Below are positions 21,270-30,272 of a DNA stretch of 64,000 bases, in pieces. Below the pieces are notes generated by a model that saw only the letters and a list, made by a program, of their open reading frames with translations, had not been told where the DNA came from and did not search any database. The position numbers and the translations under genes are program-made. The stretch spans positions 1,312,001 through 1,376,000 of the forward strand of contig JBMNJT010000002.1 of the NCBI GenBank assembly GCA_050951805.1, read 5' to 3'. This stretch comes from Bacillota bacterium (GTDB lineage Bacteria; Bacillota; DTU025). Positions within the stretch are counted from its first letter, which is position 1, and every line of letters begins with the position of its first letter.

Positions 21270-21755
21270 TTAGTGTGTTTCTACGTCAGACGCGCCGTAC
21301 TCGCGCATGATGCGCGCAGCATCATTCACCTTGTCAGAACCCGCATCAACCACAGCTAGAATTCGGCCCGCTTTGACCTTCCCTTCGTAAAACTCTCCCC
21401 TCTCTGAGGGGATTCCCATATCGACTAATCCTCCAACCAGGCCTCCTCCTACAGCCCCAGTAAGGGTCGCTGCGATAGGCCCGGCGGCCACAATAGGTCC
21501 GATCCCCGGAATCGCCAAGGCGCCCAGGCCCGCGAGGAGACCTGCCATTCCTCCAATAGCTCCACCGGTAGCGGTACCCTCCAGCGCAGTGTCGCCCCCA
21601 GCCATGGTGGGCCCGCCACCCTGCTGCTCTCCGCCTTTTCCAGACTCCCTAGCCACCAGCGATATTCGGTTGTAGTCAAAACCCGAGTTTCGCAGTTCCC
21701 GAATGCAGAATTCCGCGGCATCCCGCGACGCGAAAGTGCCTATTACCTTCGACAT
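21270..21755 (-). CDS. General stress protein (YflT/17M-like, glycine-zipper membrane protein)
   Basis: GGMAGLLAGLGALAIPGIGPIVAAGPIAA signature. Confidence 0.88.
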   Translation of the reverse strand: MSKVIGTFASRDAAEFCIRELRNSGFDYNRISLVARESGKGGEQQGGGPTMAGGDTALEGTATGGAIGGMAGLLAGLGALAIPGIGPIVAAGPIAATLTGAVGGGLVGGLVDMGIPSERGEFYEGKVKAGRILAVVDAGSDKVNDAARIMREYGASDVETH

Positions 21756-21798
21756 GATTCGACCTCCTTGTATCCTGCAAAAGCTTGAGCACTGCGCT

Positions 21799-21827
21799 TA
21801 GTTTAACCAGGAGGTCATGGTTCATTC
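21799..21827 (-). promoter_or_regulatory. Possible SigF/SigG-type forespore promoter
   Basis: GAATG-N14-GGTTAAACTA resembles the SigF consensus. Confidence 0.35.
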
Positions 21828-21922
21828 TGAACCGCTTCCGCCGCTGCGCGCAGGCGATATCCTTAGATTCGAATCCTTTGCCGCAGGGACTCGGGGACGC
21901 TATGGCAATCGAGTGAGGCTTA

Positions 21923-22120
21923 TCAATCAACAGTGTGACCAACCTGATCCTTCACTCTAAGGAAGTCGAGGATAAGCGCGTCCAGCCGATCTGATACTGA
22001 GCATGCTCTGTCCAGATCGGCTATGGCACCCTCACGCGTCGCTGTCTCACGCAGCTCGGCCCTCAATTCCTCGATCTCCGTTTTCAACTGTTCAAGTCTG
22101 GCTGCTATGGCCTCAGCCAT
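21923..22120 (-). CDS. Spo0E-like aspartyl-phosphate phosphatase
   Basis: [12 protein letters not shown]...VSDRLDALI (SQxLD-like motif); RBS AGAGG; overlaps the dut stop. Confidence 0.7.
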   Translation of the reverse strand: MAEAIAARLEQLKTEIEELRAELRETATREGAIADLDRACSVSDRLDALILDFLRVKDQVGHTVD

Positions 22121-22655
22121 CAGTGCACCTCTTTCCATCAACATCGGAAACGCCTGTGCTTCCGAATCCGCCTTCTCCCCGCTCTGTTTCATCCAGCTCA
22201 GCTGTTTCGAGGAGCTCCACTTTGACAACTGGGGCGATCACAAGCTGCGCTATTCGGTCGCCATTGGCGATAGTGTACGGTTCAAATCCATGGTTTATTA
22301 GTATCACACCGATTTCGCCGCGGTAATCTGCATCAATGGTTCCAGGCGAATTAAGGACCGTGATCCCAAACTTAGCAGCCAGCCCACTTCTAGGCCGCAC
22401 CTGACCCTCATACCCTTCGGGAATAGCCATCTTAAGGCCTGTCGGAATCATCCTGTATTCTCCGGGCGCAAGCTCTACCTTATCCTCAAGGCACGCCATA
22501 AGATCGATTCCCGCAGCCGACCCGCTCATGTATCCTGGAAGTGACGGACAAGGCCTCCGTTCATCTATAACGGGCATCACCCTTACAACAGGACGCGAGT
22601 CCTGAGCGTTGCAAAGCTTAGAGCTTTCTCCATAGCAGTCTTGGCGTTCTGACAA
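22113..22655 (-). CDS. dut: dUTP diphosphatase
   Basis: [42 protein letters not shown]. Confidence 0.97.
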   Translation of the reverse strand: MSERQDCYGESSKLCNAQDSRPVVRVMPVIDERRPCPSLPGYMSGSAAGIDLMACLEDKVELAPGEYRMIPTGLKMAIPEGYEGQVRPRSGLAAKFGITVLNSPGTIDADYRGEIGVILINHGFEPYTIANGDRIAQLVIAPVVKVELLETAELDETERGEGGFGSTGVSDVDGKRCTDG

Positions 22656-22975
22656 TTAGAATTCACTTCCTTGACACGTGCAATATGCGAAGATTTGTGG
22701 CAAAGGGAGGCAAAAACCTCCGAGATACCGCATCCCCAACAGATTTGAATTCTTTCTGCCGAGCAGAAGTCCTGCGAAGGTTGGATAAACACATCGAAAA
22801 AGATGTGTGCTCCGACAGCCTTTTTCGTGCGCTAACGGTCGATTGATATTTCCAGCTATCTCTATTCCAGCCCCTATTTACTTGAAGGAAATAAGGAGGC
22901 AGCGACGAAATCCTCTCTCAGCTGCGCTGCGGCAGACGATACAATATTACGTCTACCTGGAGAGGAGGGCGCCCG

Positions 22976-24313
22976 GTGCAACCTAACACCACTGCAACAG
23001 CATTGGTCATTCTCATGTACATTGCAAGCTCTATTGCAGGCATGCGCACCAACAAGACAAATCCGGGCGTTCAAACGCCTCCGGGTATACAGACTACATC
23101 ACCCACCCCCCAAACAGAAAAAAACGCAGTACTGGATCTTGCAAGCCGCAGCGCAGCCATTTCGGAAACGGCCAACGTCCGCTCCGGCCCGGGAACGAAT
23201 TACCCCAAAACCGGCAAGCTCGCCAAGAACACCCCTGTGCGCTTGGTTAGCCAGGCCAACGGGTGGTATCAGGTATCGCTCCCAAACGGAGGCTATGGAT
23301 GGGTCGCCGGATCATTGCTGCGAATTGGACAGCCCTCAGGTGCGCCCGCGCAGCTTAAGCACGATGTTGTGGGATACTACACTGTGAACTATCCAGGCGA
23401 CAAGTCGTCATACAACGTCCTCGACTCCCACTCAAGGTCGCTGACGGCCATAGCGCCGTTTTCATACGCCGTGGACAGAGCCGGGAACGTCACTGGCGAG
23501 CATTTTCATGACGCCATGGAAATAGCCTCCTCCCGTGGACTCAGCAACCTCGCTCTTGTCCACAATCTTAATGGCAAATCGTTTAACCAGAGCGATATCC
23601 ATTCGATGCTCAACTCGAAGGCTGCGAGAGAGCGGGCGATCAGGGACATCTATGATCTTGTTAAGAAAAATGGATATGATGGAGTCAATATCGACTTCGA
23701 AAACGTTCCTCCTGGAGACAGAAGAGTGCTGACCCAGTTCATGCAGGAGCTCAGGTCGAAGCTGGGGCCGGCGGGATACAAGGTGACAATGTCGGTGCCA
23801 GCGAAGTATAAGGATTCTCCGTCATCTGCATGGATTGGCGCATTCGACTACTACGCCCTGGGCAAAGTATGTGATCAGATAATGCTGATGACCTACGATC
23901 AACACACGTCCGGCACGGGGCCAGGGCCTGTCGCGTCTGTGCAATGGGTAGAAAAGGTGATCAAGTACGCCATGACACAGATGCCGAAGAAAAAGATCTT
24001 GGTGGGCATCGCCGCCTACGGCTATGACTGGAACACCAGTACAAACCGTGCGAAAGCGATCTCCTACAGCCAGGCCATTAGGACGGCAGAACGACACGGG
24101 ACGAAGATCTCATGGGATAACGCTTCACAGAGCCCATACTTCCGCTACAAGTCGGGCAACGTGACAAGGGAAGTATGGTTTGAAAGCGCAGACAGCATGA
24201 GCGCCAAGCTGAAGCTTGTCAAAAAGCACGACCTTGGCGGGATCGCCATATGGCGACTCGGGCAGGAAGATGCGGGTTACTGGAAGGTTATAGAACGGGA
24301 ATTGCAGAACTAG
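22976..24313 (+). CDS. SH3-domain GH18 glycosyl hydrolase (spore cortex hydrolase YaaH/YdhD-like)
   Basis: SH3b NVRSGPGTNY...GWV; GH18 DGVNIDFE, MTYD, YGYDW, WRLGQED. Confidence 0.9.
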   Translation: MQPNTTATALVILMYIASSIAGMRTNKTNPGVQTPPGIQTTSPTPQTEKNAVLDLASRSAAISETANVRSGPGTNYPKTGKLAKNTPVRLVSQANGWYQVSLPNGGYGWVAGSLLRIGQPSGAPAQLKHDVVGYYTVNYPGDKSSYNVLDSHSRSLTAIAPFSYAVDRAGNVTGEHFHDAMEIASSRGLSNLALVHNLNGKSFNQSDIHSMLNSKAARERAIRDIYDLVKKNGYDGVNIDFENVPPGDRRVLTQFMQELRSKLGPAGYKVTMSVPAKYKDSPSSAWIGAFDYYALGKVCDQIMLMTYDQHTSGTGPGPVASVQWVEKVIKYAMTQMPKKKILVGIAAYGYDWNTSTNRAKAISYSQAIRTAERHGTKISWDNASQSPYFRYKSGNVTREVWFESADSMSAKLKLVKKHDLGGIAIWRLGQEDAGYWKVIERELQN

Positions 24314-24326
24314 CGGGGCGTGCGGT

Positions 24327-25325
24327 TCACCTCGTGTGTACCGCCGGGCCCAACTCGAGGAGGCGTGACACAGTCACTGCCTTGTAGCCTTTTTCCGCAA
24401 ATCGCTCCAGAATCACGGGAAGCGCTGCAACAGTAGGCTCGGTGGGATGGACCAAGATAATGTTTCCCCCTGCTAACCGCCGCTCCGCTCTTTCCACTAT
24501 GACCCCCGGTTCCGGGCGTTGCCAATCTATGGTGTCAACAGTCCACATGATCGTGGCATAACCCAATCGGCCCGCCACAGCCGCAATTCTCTGATTGACC
24601 TCTCCATAGGGAGGCGCAAAGAGCCTGGTGCGCACTCCAGTGAGTTCTCTCAAGAGAGTCTCATTCTTCTCGATCAACGCCACTAACTCGCTCTCGGAGA
24701 GCTTTTCAGGGTGCGGATGATCATAGCCATGATTGGCGATCTCATTCCCTGCTGCGACCATCGCCTGGACCAAATGGGGAAACTTTGCTGCCCATGTTCC
24801 GGTAATGAAGAATGTACTTTTCGCGCCAGCTTCAGCAAGAATCTCAAGAATTGCCGGAACCCATTCTTCTCCCCATGCCACGTTGAATGCCAAAGCCACC
24901 GCGGGTTCCGACGTATCAACCCTGTATATCGGTTTGAGCATCGCGGCGGTTACCGCGGGGGGAACCTGCCGCGTAACCAGGTCTAAAACGGCCCCCCGCG
25001 GCGCCGCCATGACTGACGTCACCGTGTTGTCGATATCTACTATAATGCCGGGTTCCTCCGGAACTATCTCGCCTGTCTCAGCATGATACATCGCTTCCTT
25101 GGGGCTTCTTTCGACCTTGCCCGCCAACCCCAACACGATGCTCCTTACTTCTTCTTTGTACAGCCCGCCCACGTCCACATCGCGCACTCTCACCCCAGGC
25201 TTTGCTCCAAGGGCAGCCCGACGCATTCGAGGCATGCTTACCACTATATACGCAGCCACGATAGCCAAAATGACCCCGAGGACTATGAGGATAAGCGTCC
25301 GTCGCCTAATGGTGATGAAGATCAT
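24327..25325 (-). CDS. Polysaccharide deacetylase (YlxY/SwsB-like)
   Basis: FNVAWG, NHGYDH, FAPPYG, WTVDTIDW; N-terminal TM. Confidence 0.88.
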   Translation of the reverse strand: MIFITIRRRTLILIVLGVILAIVAAYIVVSMPRMRRAALGAKPGVRVRDVDVGGLYKEEVRSIVLGLAGKVERSPKEAMYHAETGEIVPEEPGIIVDIDNTVTSVMAAPRGAVLDLVTRQVPPAVTAAMLKPIYRVDTSEPAVALAFNVAWGEEWVPAILEILAEAGAKSTFFITGTWAAKFPHLVQAMVAAGNEIANHGYDHPHPEKLSESELVALIEKNETLLRELTGVRTRLFAPPYGEVNQRIAAVAGRLGYATIMWTVDTIDWQRPEPGVIVERAERRLAGGNIILVHPTEPTVAALPVILERFAEKGYKAVTVSRLLELGPAVHTR

Positions 25326-25420
25326 GTCGCCGTTCCTCCCACCCTCTATTTGGATTGGGCGCTCCCCGCTCGCATCATCGATTCCTACAGGCTTTCGTCG
25401 TTCATTGCCCGCCACTTCCT

Positions 25421-26287
25421 CTACCGACGCAACCCCGATGACGAATCAGATGTCGGTGGGCTTTGCTGGGGTAAACTCGGCTCTGCGCGGGTTCTCACCT
25501 TGACCGGCCTTTGTTCCCCGGTGTTTCGATCTATGTAGTAGTCGCTTGAGTAGATGAGCTCCGATACGGGAACCACCGCGTAGCCTTGGGCCTTGAGATC
25601 CCGGATTATCCTGTCGAGCGCCTCCGGCGTGTGTTTCCCGGCATTGTGAAAGAGGATTATCGATCCAGGCCCCACCCGTTTCATTACCCGATCATAAATC
25701 TGGTCTGCAGTCAGGTCTTTCCAATCTAGAGAATCGATACTCCATTGAATCGTCTTGCATCCGCATTCTTCGGCGATGGTTATTACGGAGTTCGTGTATT
25801 CGCCGAAGGGGGGACGAAACACGGTAGGCCTCACCCCAGTCAGGTCGCACAGAGCAGATTGGGTGCGTTCCAGTTCTTCCCTGATTTGTGCAGATGACAG
25901 TCCGCCCATGTGTGGATGGGTCCAGGAGTGATTACCCACCTCGTGGCCGCGCGCGGCTATAGCCTTGACCTTTTCCGGATAAGACTTTATCCAGTTGCCT
26001 GCCAGGAAGAATGTGACCTTGATCTCGTGCTTATCGAAGAGGTCAAGGAGAGCCAGTGTCTTGTCGTCGCCCCATGTAGCATCGACCGTTACCGATACGG
26101 TCTTGTCGTCGCGAGCAACGGAGTATATGGGAACGAGTCTGCCGCCTGTGCTCACCGCAGAGATCACACCCATACCCACCTCGGCAGTGGCGTTTCCAAA
26201 GAGGGTTAGAACGAAAGATAAAACAAAAGCCACACATGCCACGTCAAGGAGCGTCCGCCATTTGCTCAATATACGGAAGAACACCAC
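25421..26287 (-). CDS. pdaB: Polysaccharide deacetylase, PdaB-like sporulation protein
   Basis: PIYSV, DATWG, NHSWTH, FRPPFG, WSIDSLDW, LFHN; start moved to GTG after GAAGGG. Confidence 0.8.
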   Translation of the reverse strand: MVFFRILSKWRTLLDVACVAFVLSFVLTLFGNATAEVGMGVISAVSTGGRLVPIYSVARDDKTVSVTVDATWGDDKTLALLDLFDKHEIKVTFFLAGNWIKSYPEKVKAIAARGHEVGNHSWTHPHMGGLSSAQIREELERTQSALCDLTGVRPTVFRPPFGEYTNSVITIAEECGCKTIQWSIDSLDWKDLTADQIYDRVMKRVGPGSIILFHNAGKHTPEALDRIIRDLKAQGYAVVPVSELIYSSDYYIDRNTGEQRPVKVRTRAEPSLPQQSPPTSDSSSGLRR

Positions 26288-26464
26288 TGAAATCACCCTT
26301 CTCGCGATTGTTGCCACTAATACATATGCAAAGGGACGGGGTATAGAATATGAGATAATGTAGAGTGCCGCAAGATCATGACGCGGCGAGGCCTCGGAGA
26401 GCATGGGGGAAGAGACTGCCATGGTCGCGAAAATCGAGTTCTAACCTGACTGCGGTCTATCTCC

Positions 26465-29140
26465 TCAAGGTGAGGGATTGATGAGCCATTCATAAAGCCG
26501 CTCGCTAACATCTTCAAAGCCGCCAACGTATTTCGCACAGCCTGGCAACGCGTCAATGAACTTCCGGCCGTAGTGGCGTCGGACAATTCGTGAATCGAGA
26601 ACGACAACAGCTCCGCGGTCGCTCGACGAACGCACTAGCCTCCCAAATCCCTGCTTGAACTTGAGAACTGCAGCGGGAAGTGTGTACTGACTAAATGGGT
26701 TTCCGCCTGACTCGGCAATATGCTCTATCCTCGCCTCCACCACTGGCGCCGTGGGAACGGCGAATGGCAGCCTAGGCATGACGACGCACGAGAGCGCTTC
26801 GCCCGGGACATCCACACCTTCCCAGAAACTATCGGTGCCAAAGAGCACAGAACGAACGTCCCGCCTAAACTCGGCCAAGAGCGCGTGCCTCGGCGCGTTT
26901 CCCTGACGAAGAAGCGCGATGTTACGCTGGGCAAGGCGTGGCTCCACCGCCCGCGCCACTTCACTTAGTAGCTTGTACGAAGTGAACAGGACGAATGCCC
27001 GACCATCAGACGCATCCAAGATGGACGCAACGGCCTCAGCAACAGCCGCCTCCCATCCGTGCGAGTCAGGGTTAGGAATATCATCCACCACGGCCAGAAG
27101 GGCTTGCCGCCCGTAATCAAACGGCGCCGCGATCGCCATCTGTCGGACGCGGTCACCATCCAAAAGATCGAGGCCTAGGTCGTGAATGATGTAGTCGAAG
27201 CTGGTTCCCACGGCCAAAGTCGCAGAAGTGAAGACCACGGACTCCTGCATACTCAACACGTGCTCGGCAATGGCTTTCCCCGCTTCAATCGGCGCAGCCA
27301 CCACCCGCACATTCGATCGCGGGCCTGCGCCGGAAGCCTCCGCCCAGAAGACATGGCCCGGCGCGTCAGCCGTAACCGCAAACCGGAGCGAGGAGGCAAA
27401 CTCCCTAGCCCGGCCGGCGTAGGCTGCAAGCTCCACAATGTCAGGGAAGTCAGCCTCATCAAAACCCGGACCCAGGTCAACTCCATCTTCATCGGCAGCC
27501 ACCCCAGATCCTGACTCGGCCTCAAACGTCAACCGCTTAGCACTTTCCAGCAATGCCTCGTCATCATCACCCCTAAGAAGCACAGAGAGCCTCTCAAGGC
27601 AGTCTGCAAGCCCCTCCAAAGCTGCGGCAAAACGTTCATGGGCAGGAAAGATTCTGGCATCCCAATCCTCGCGTTGCTTCACATCCCCGGTGATCCGAAG
27701 TGTCCGCTCAACGCCGTCCCCCGGCACATCCATGAGCATCCGGCGGACTTCATCGAAGAAAGCCTCCCCCGCCTCTCGAACTCGAATGACAGCGGGAATT
27801 GCGTCGATGTGGATCAAGTCGAGGCAAGCCTCGGCTCGCGCACGGCCTGACTCCCCGGGCCATGAAGAATACAGGCTCGAACGAAGCCTCACAAGCGCGC
27901 CGTAATCACCTGTGGAGGCCGTGCCAGCAGACTGCGCTGCAGCGCGTTCACGACGATATATGCTGTTGGTAAGGCGCACAAGGGAAACCCGCGATACCCG
28001 CCTGCCGAAATGCTGTGTGGCGACGTCCGCAGCATTGTGGGCTTCATCGACGATCACCACGTTGTAACGGGGCAAAACTGCCCGATCGGCTTCGGGACCC
28101 ATCTGGCTTCTGATAAACGCGTCTGCAAAGAGGATATGGTGATTTACCACCAACACCTCCGCTTTTTCCATTGCCTGCCTTGCCCTGTGGAAACAGCATT
28201 GGCCGTAGTTCGGACACTTCGTTCGAAGACACATATCACCTTCAGAACATACCATGCCCCACACCTCGGAGTCAGGCTCGAATTGCATATCCGATCTATC
28301 CCCAGTCTCGGTCTCCATCGCCCATTGGAGAACCTGGGCAAATCCGTCGCGGTATTCAGGTTCGATCGAAGACTCTTCGTCCTCTAGCACGCGATTGAGC
28401 TTTCTCATGCACAAATAGTTGCCGCGTCCCTTCACGAGCGCAGCGGGGAGAGGCTCTCCGATAGCCGCCTCAAGCGCAGGTATATCCTTCTGTATCAATT
28501 GCTCTTGAAGGTTGATCGTATTCGTAGATACAACGACGCGGGCGTTGTTCCGCTTCGCCCAAAGAAATGCGGGAACGAGGTATGCCAACGACTTGCCGGT
28601 TCCAGTACCGGCTTCGACAACAAGGCAGGCGGAGTCGGAGAATGCTGACGAAACCGCGAGCGCCATGTCTATCTGGCCTTGGCGCACCTCGTAATCCTCA
28701 AACGCAGCCGACAACGGGCCGTCTAGCGAGAAGATGTGCCTGATATCGGCGGGGTCAATCACGATCGAGCCCGCCTGATTCGCCAGAGGATCAGTAACCG
28801 AGCGTATCTGGGAGACGTCGTTGTTTACAATCCAGAAGCCTACGCCCCGGGCGGCCAGTCTTGCGGCAACGTCCAAATCAGCTTCGGACGGCAAGAGCTT
28901 CCCAGACGGATGATTGTGTATCACTACTTGCCCGTGCATGAGAGTTGCGTCAACAACAGGCGCTGCAGTCAGGTTTCCGCGCGCCAACACAGATATCTCA
29001 GTGACGATAAAATCGCGGTCACAACGCCCCACCGCAAAGACTTCGGTTCCGCCGGCCTCCGCTATGGCTTGCCTCAGACTTTCCGCGGCCTCCGAAGCGA
29101 TGTAGTTTGAGACCGCCCCGACAAGTGCTCCACTCTTCAA
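26465..29140 (-). CDS. dinG: DinG family Fe-S helicase with N-terminal RadC-like JAB domain
   Basis: HNHPSG..LPSEAD (JAB); EAGTGTGKS, KGRGNYLC, DEAH, SAT, WEGVD, QGFGRLVR; TTG start overlaps the nfo stop. Confidence 0.92.
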   Translation of the reverse strand: MKSGALVGAVSNYIASEAAESLRQAIAEAGGTEVFAVGRCDRDFIVTEISVLARGNLTAAPVVDATLMHGQVVIHNHPSGKLLPSEADLDVAARLAARGVGFWIVNNDVSQIRSVTDPLANQAGSIVIDPADIRHIFSLDGPLSAAFEDYEVRQGQIDMALAVSSAFSDSACLVVEAGTGTGKSLAYLVPAFLWAKRNNARVVVSTNTINLQEQLIQKDIPALEAAIGEPLPAALVKGRGNYLCMRKLNRVLEDEESSIEPEYRDGFAQVLQWAMETETGDRSDMQFEPDSEVWGMVCSEGDMCLRTKCPNYGQCCFHRARQAMEKAEVLVVNHHILFADAFIRSQMGPEADRAVLPRYNVVIVDEAHNAADVATQHFGRRVSRVSLVRLTNSIYRRERAAAQSAGTASTGDYGALVRLRSSLYSSWPGESGRARAEACLDLIHIDAIPAVIRVREAGEAFFDEVRRMLMDVPGDGVERTLRITGDVKQREDWDARIFPAHERFAAALEGLADCLERLSVLLRGDDDEALLESAKRLTFEAESGSGVAADEDGVDLGPGFDEADFPDIVELAAYAGRAREFASSLRFAVTADAPGHVFWAEASGAGPRSNVRVVAAPIEAGKAIAEHVLSMQESVVFTSATLAVGTSFDYIIHDLGLDLLDGDRVRQMAIAAPFDYGRQALLAVVDDIPNPDSHGWEAAVAEAVASILDASDGRAFVLFTSYKLLSEVARAVEPRLAQRNIALLRQGNAPRHALLAEFRRDVRSVLFGTDSFWEGVDVPGEALSCVVMPRLPFAVPTAPVVEARIEHIAESGGNPFSQYTLPAAVLKFKQGFGRLVRSSSDRGAVVVLDSRIVRRHYGRKFIDALPGCAKYVGGFEDVSERLYEWLINPSP

Positions 29141-29991
29141 CGCTCTTCCCCCGCAGCACACGCCTTTAGAGCAGCTAAGTCCCGAACCTGGTCCTCAGGA
29201 GCATCAACAGGCGTTTCGAGCACGAATGGGAGCCTTCGAAGCTCCGGACGCGCAAGGATGGCGCGAAACCCAGCCAGCCCGATGGACCCCTCTCCTATGT
29301 GATCGTGCCTATCCTTGCCAGATCCCAACTGACCCTTGGAATCATTTGCGTGGACAATCATCACCCTATCCAATCCAACAGCGGAGTCCAGCTCGCCTAA
29401 GGTTGCGTCAAGCCCCCGCTCAGTTGCGACATTGTATCCTCCCCCGTAAGCATGGCAGGTGTCCAGGCAGATCCTGAGAAATGGGCCCCTCTCCGAAATG
29501 TCGATAATGGAACGGAGCTCGCTAAAGGAGACGCCTATCTCAGTGCCGGCGCCCGCCATGTTCTCAAGACAGATAGGGACCAACGCGCCTGAATCTTCGT
29601 AGGCGCGATCGATAGCCGATGCGATTCGCCGAGACCCCGCCTCCACTCCAGAACCCAGGTGATTGCCGGGATGGAGGACAAGGCAATCAGCGCCCAAAAT
29701 CTCCGCCCTGCGCAGCTCATCGGTGAGGGCTGAGACAGATTTTTCATACGTTTCATCCTTCGGACTTGCCACGTTGATCAAGTAGTTGGCGTGAATCACG
29801 ACCGGCTTCAGTCCGGCCTCGACAACAGCCGCGCGAAATGAGTTGGCCTCGCCGGGATCGAGAGGTTTCGCCTTCAAAGTACGAGGATTGCGGCTGAAGA
29901 TCTGGAAGCAATCGCAACCCAGCTCCACTGCCCTCGAAGTTGCATTGGTCAGACCGCCGGAAATAGAAAGATGAATGCCGAAGCGGGCCAT
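29137..29991 (-). CDS. nfo: Endonuclease IV
   Basis: QIFSRNPR, HANYLIN, HPG, ENMAG, DTCH, HANDSK, DRHDHIG, ETP. Confidence 0.96.
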   Translation of the reverse strand: MARFGIHLSISGGLTNATSRAVELGCDCFQIFSRNPRTLKAKPLDPGEANSFRAAVVEAGLKPVVIHANYLINVASPKDETYEKSVSALTDELRRAEILGADCLVLHPGNHLGSGVEAGSRRIASAIDRAYEDSGALVPICLENMAGAGTEIGVSFSELRSIIDISERGPFLRICLDTCHAYGGGYNVATERGLDATLGELDSAVGLDRVMIVHANDSKGQLGSGKDRHDHIGEGSIGLAGFRAILARPELRRLPFVLETPVDAPEDQVRDLAALKACAAGEER

Positions 29992-30213
29992 TATATTATC
30001 TCCCTTCGGTAAGCCTGTCTCTATTCTACACATTAGGGCCTCGCGCTTACAACCGCCTCCATAGCGCGTCCCACGTCGGGTTGGCAAGCAAAGCGCACGG
30101 CACAGCCTCAAAACAGCCACTGACATCGAGAGTCTTGCACCTAATGTTCAATGTTCTTTGTTTGGCACAAGCTTCGACCGTGCAGTGGGACACCGCCCAT
30201 GAGCGGACAACGC

Positions 30214-30246
30214 AAAGGTCCGCGCCTTTATGGGGCACGGACCCTT
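30214..30246 (-). terminator. Terminator of the alpha-glucan locus
   Basis: ggtccg.gcc / ggc.cggacc stem with TTT on the minus strand. Confidence 0.6.
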
Positions 30247-30272
30247 CCTGCCACTATCTTAGATGCGCTAAC

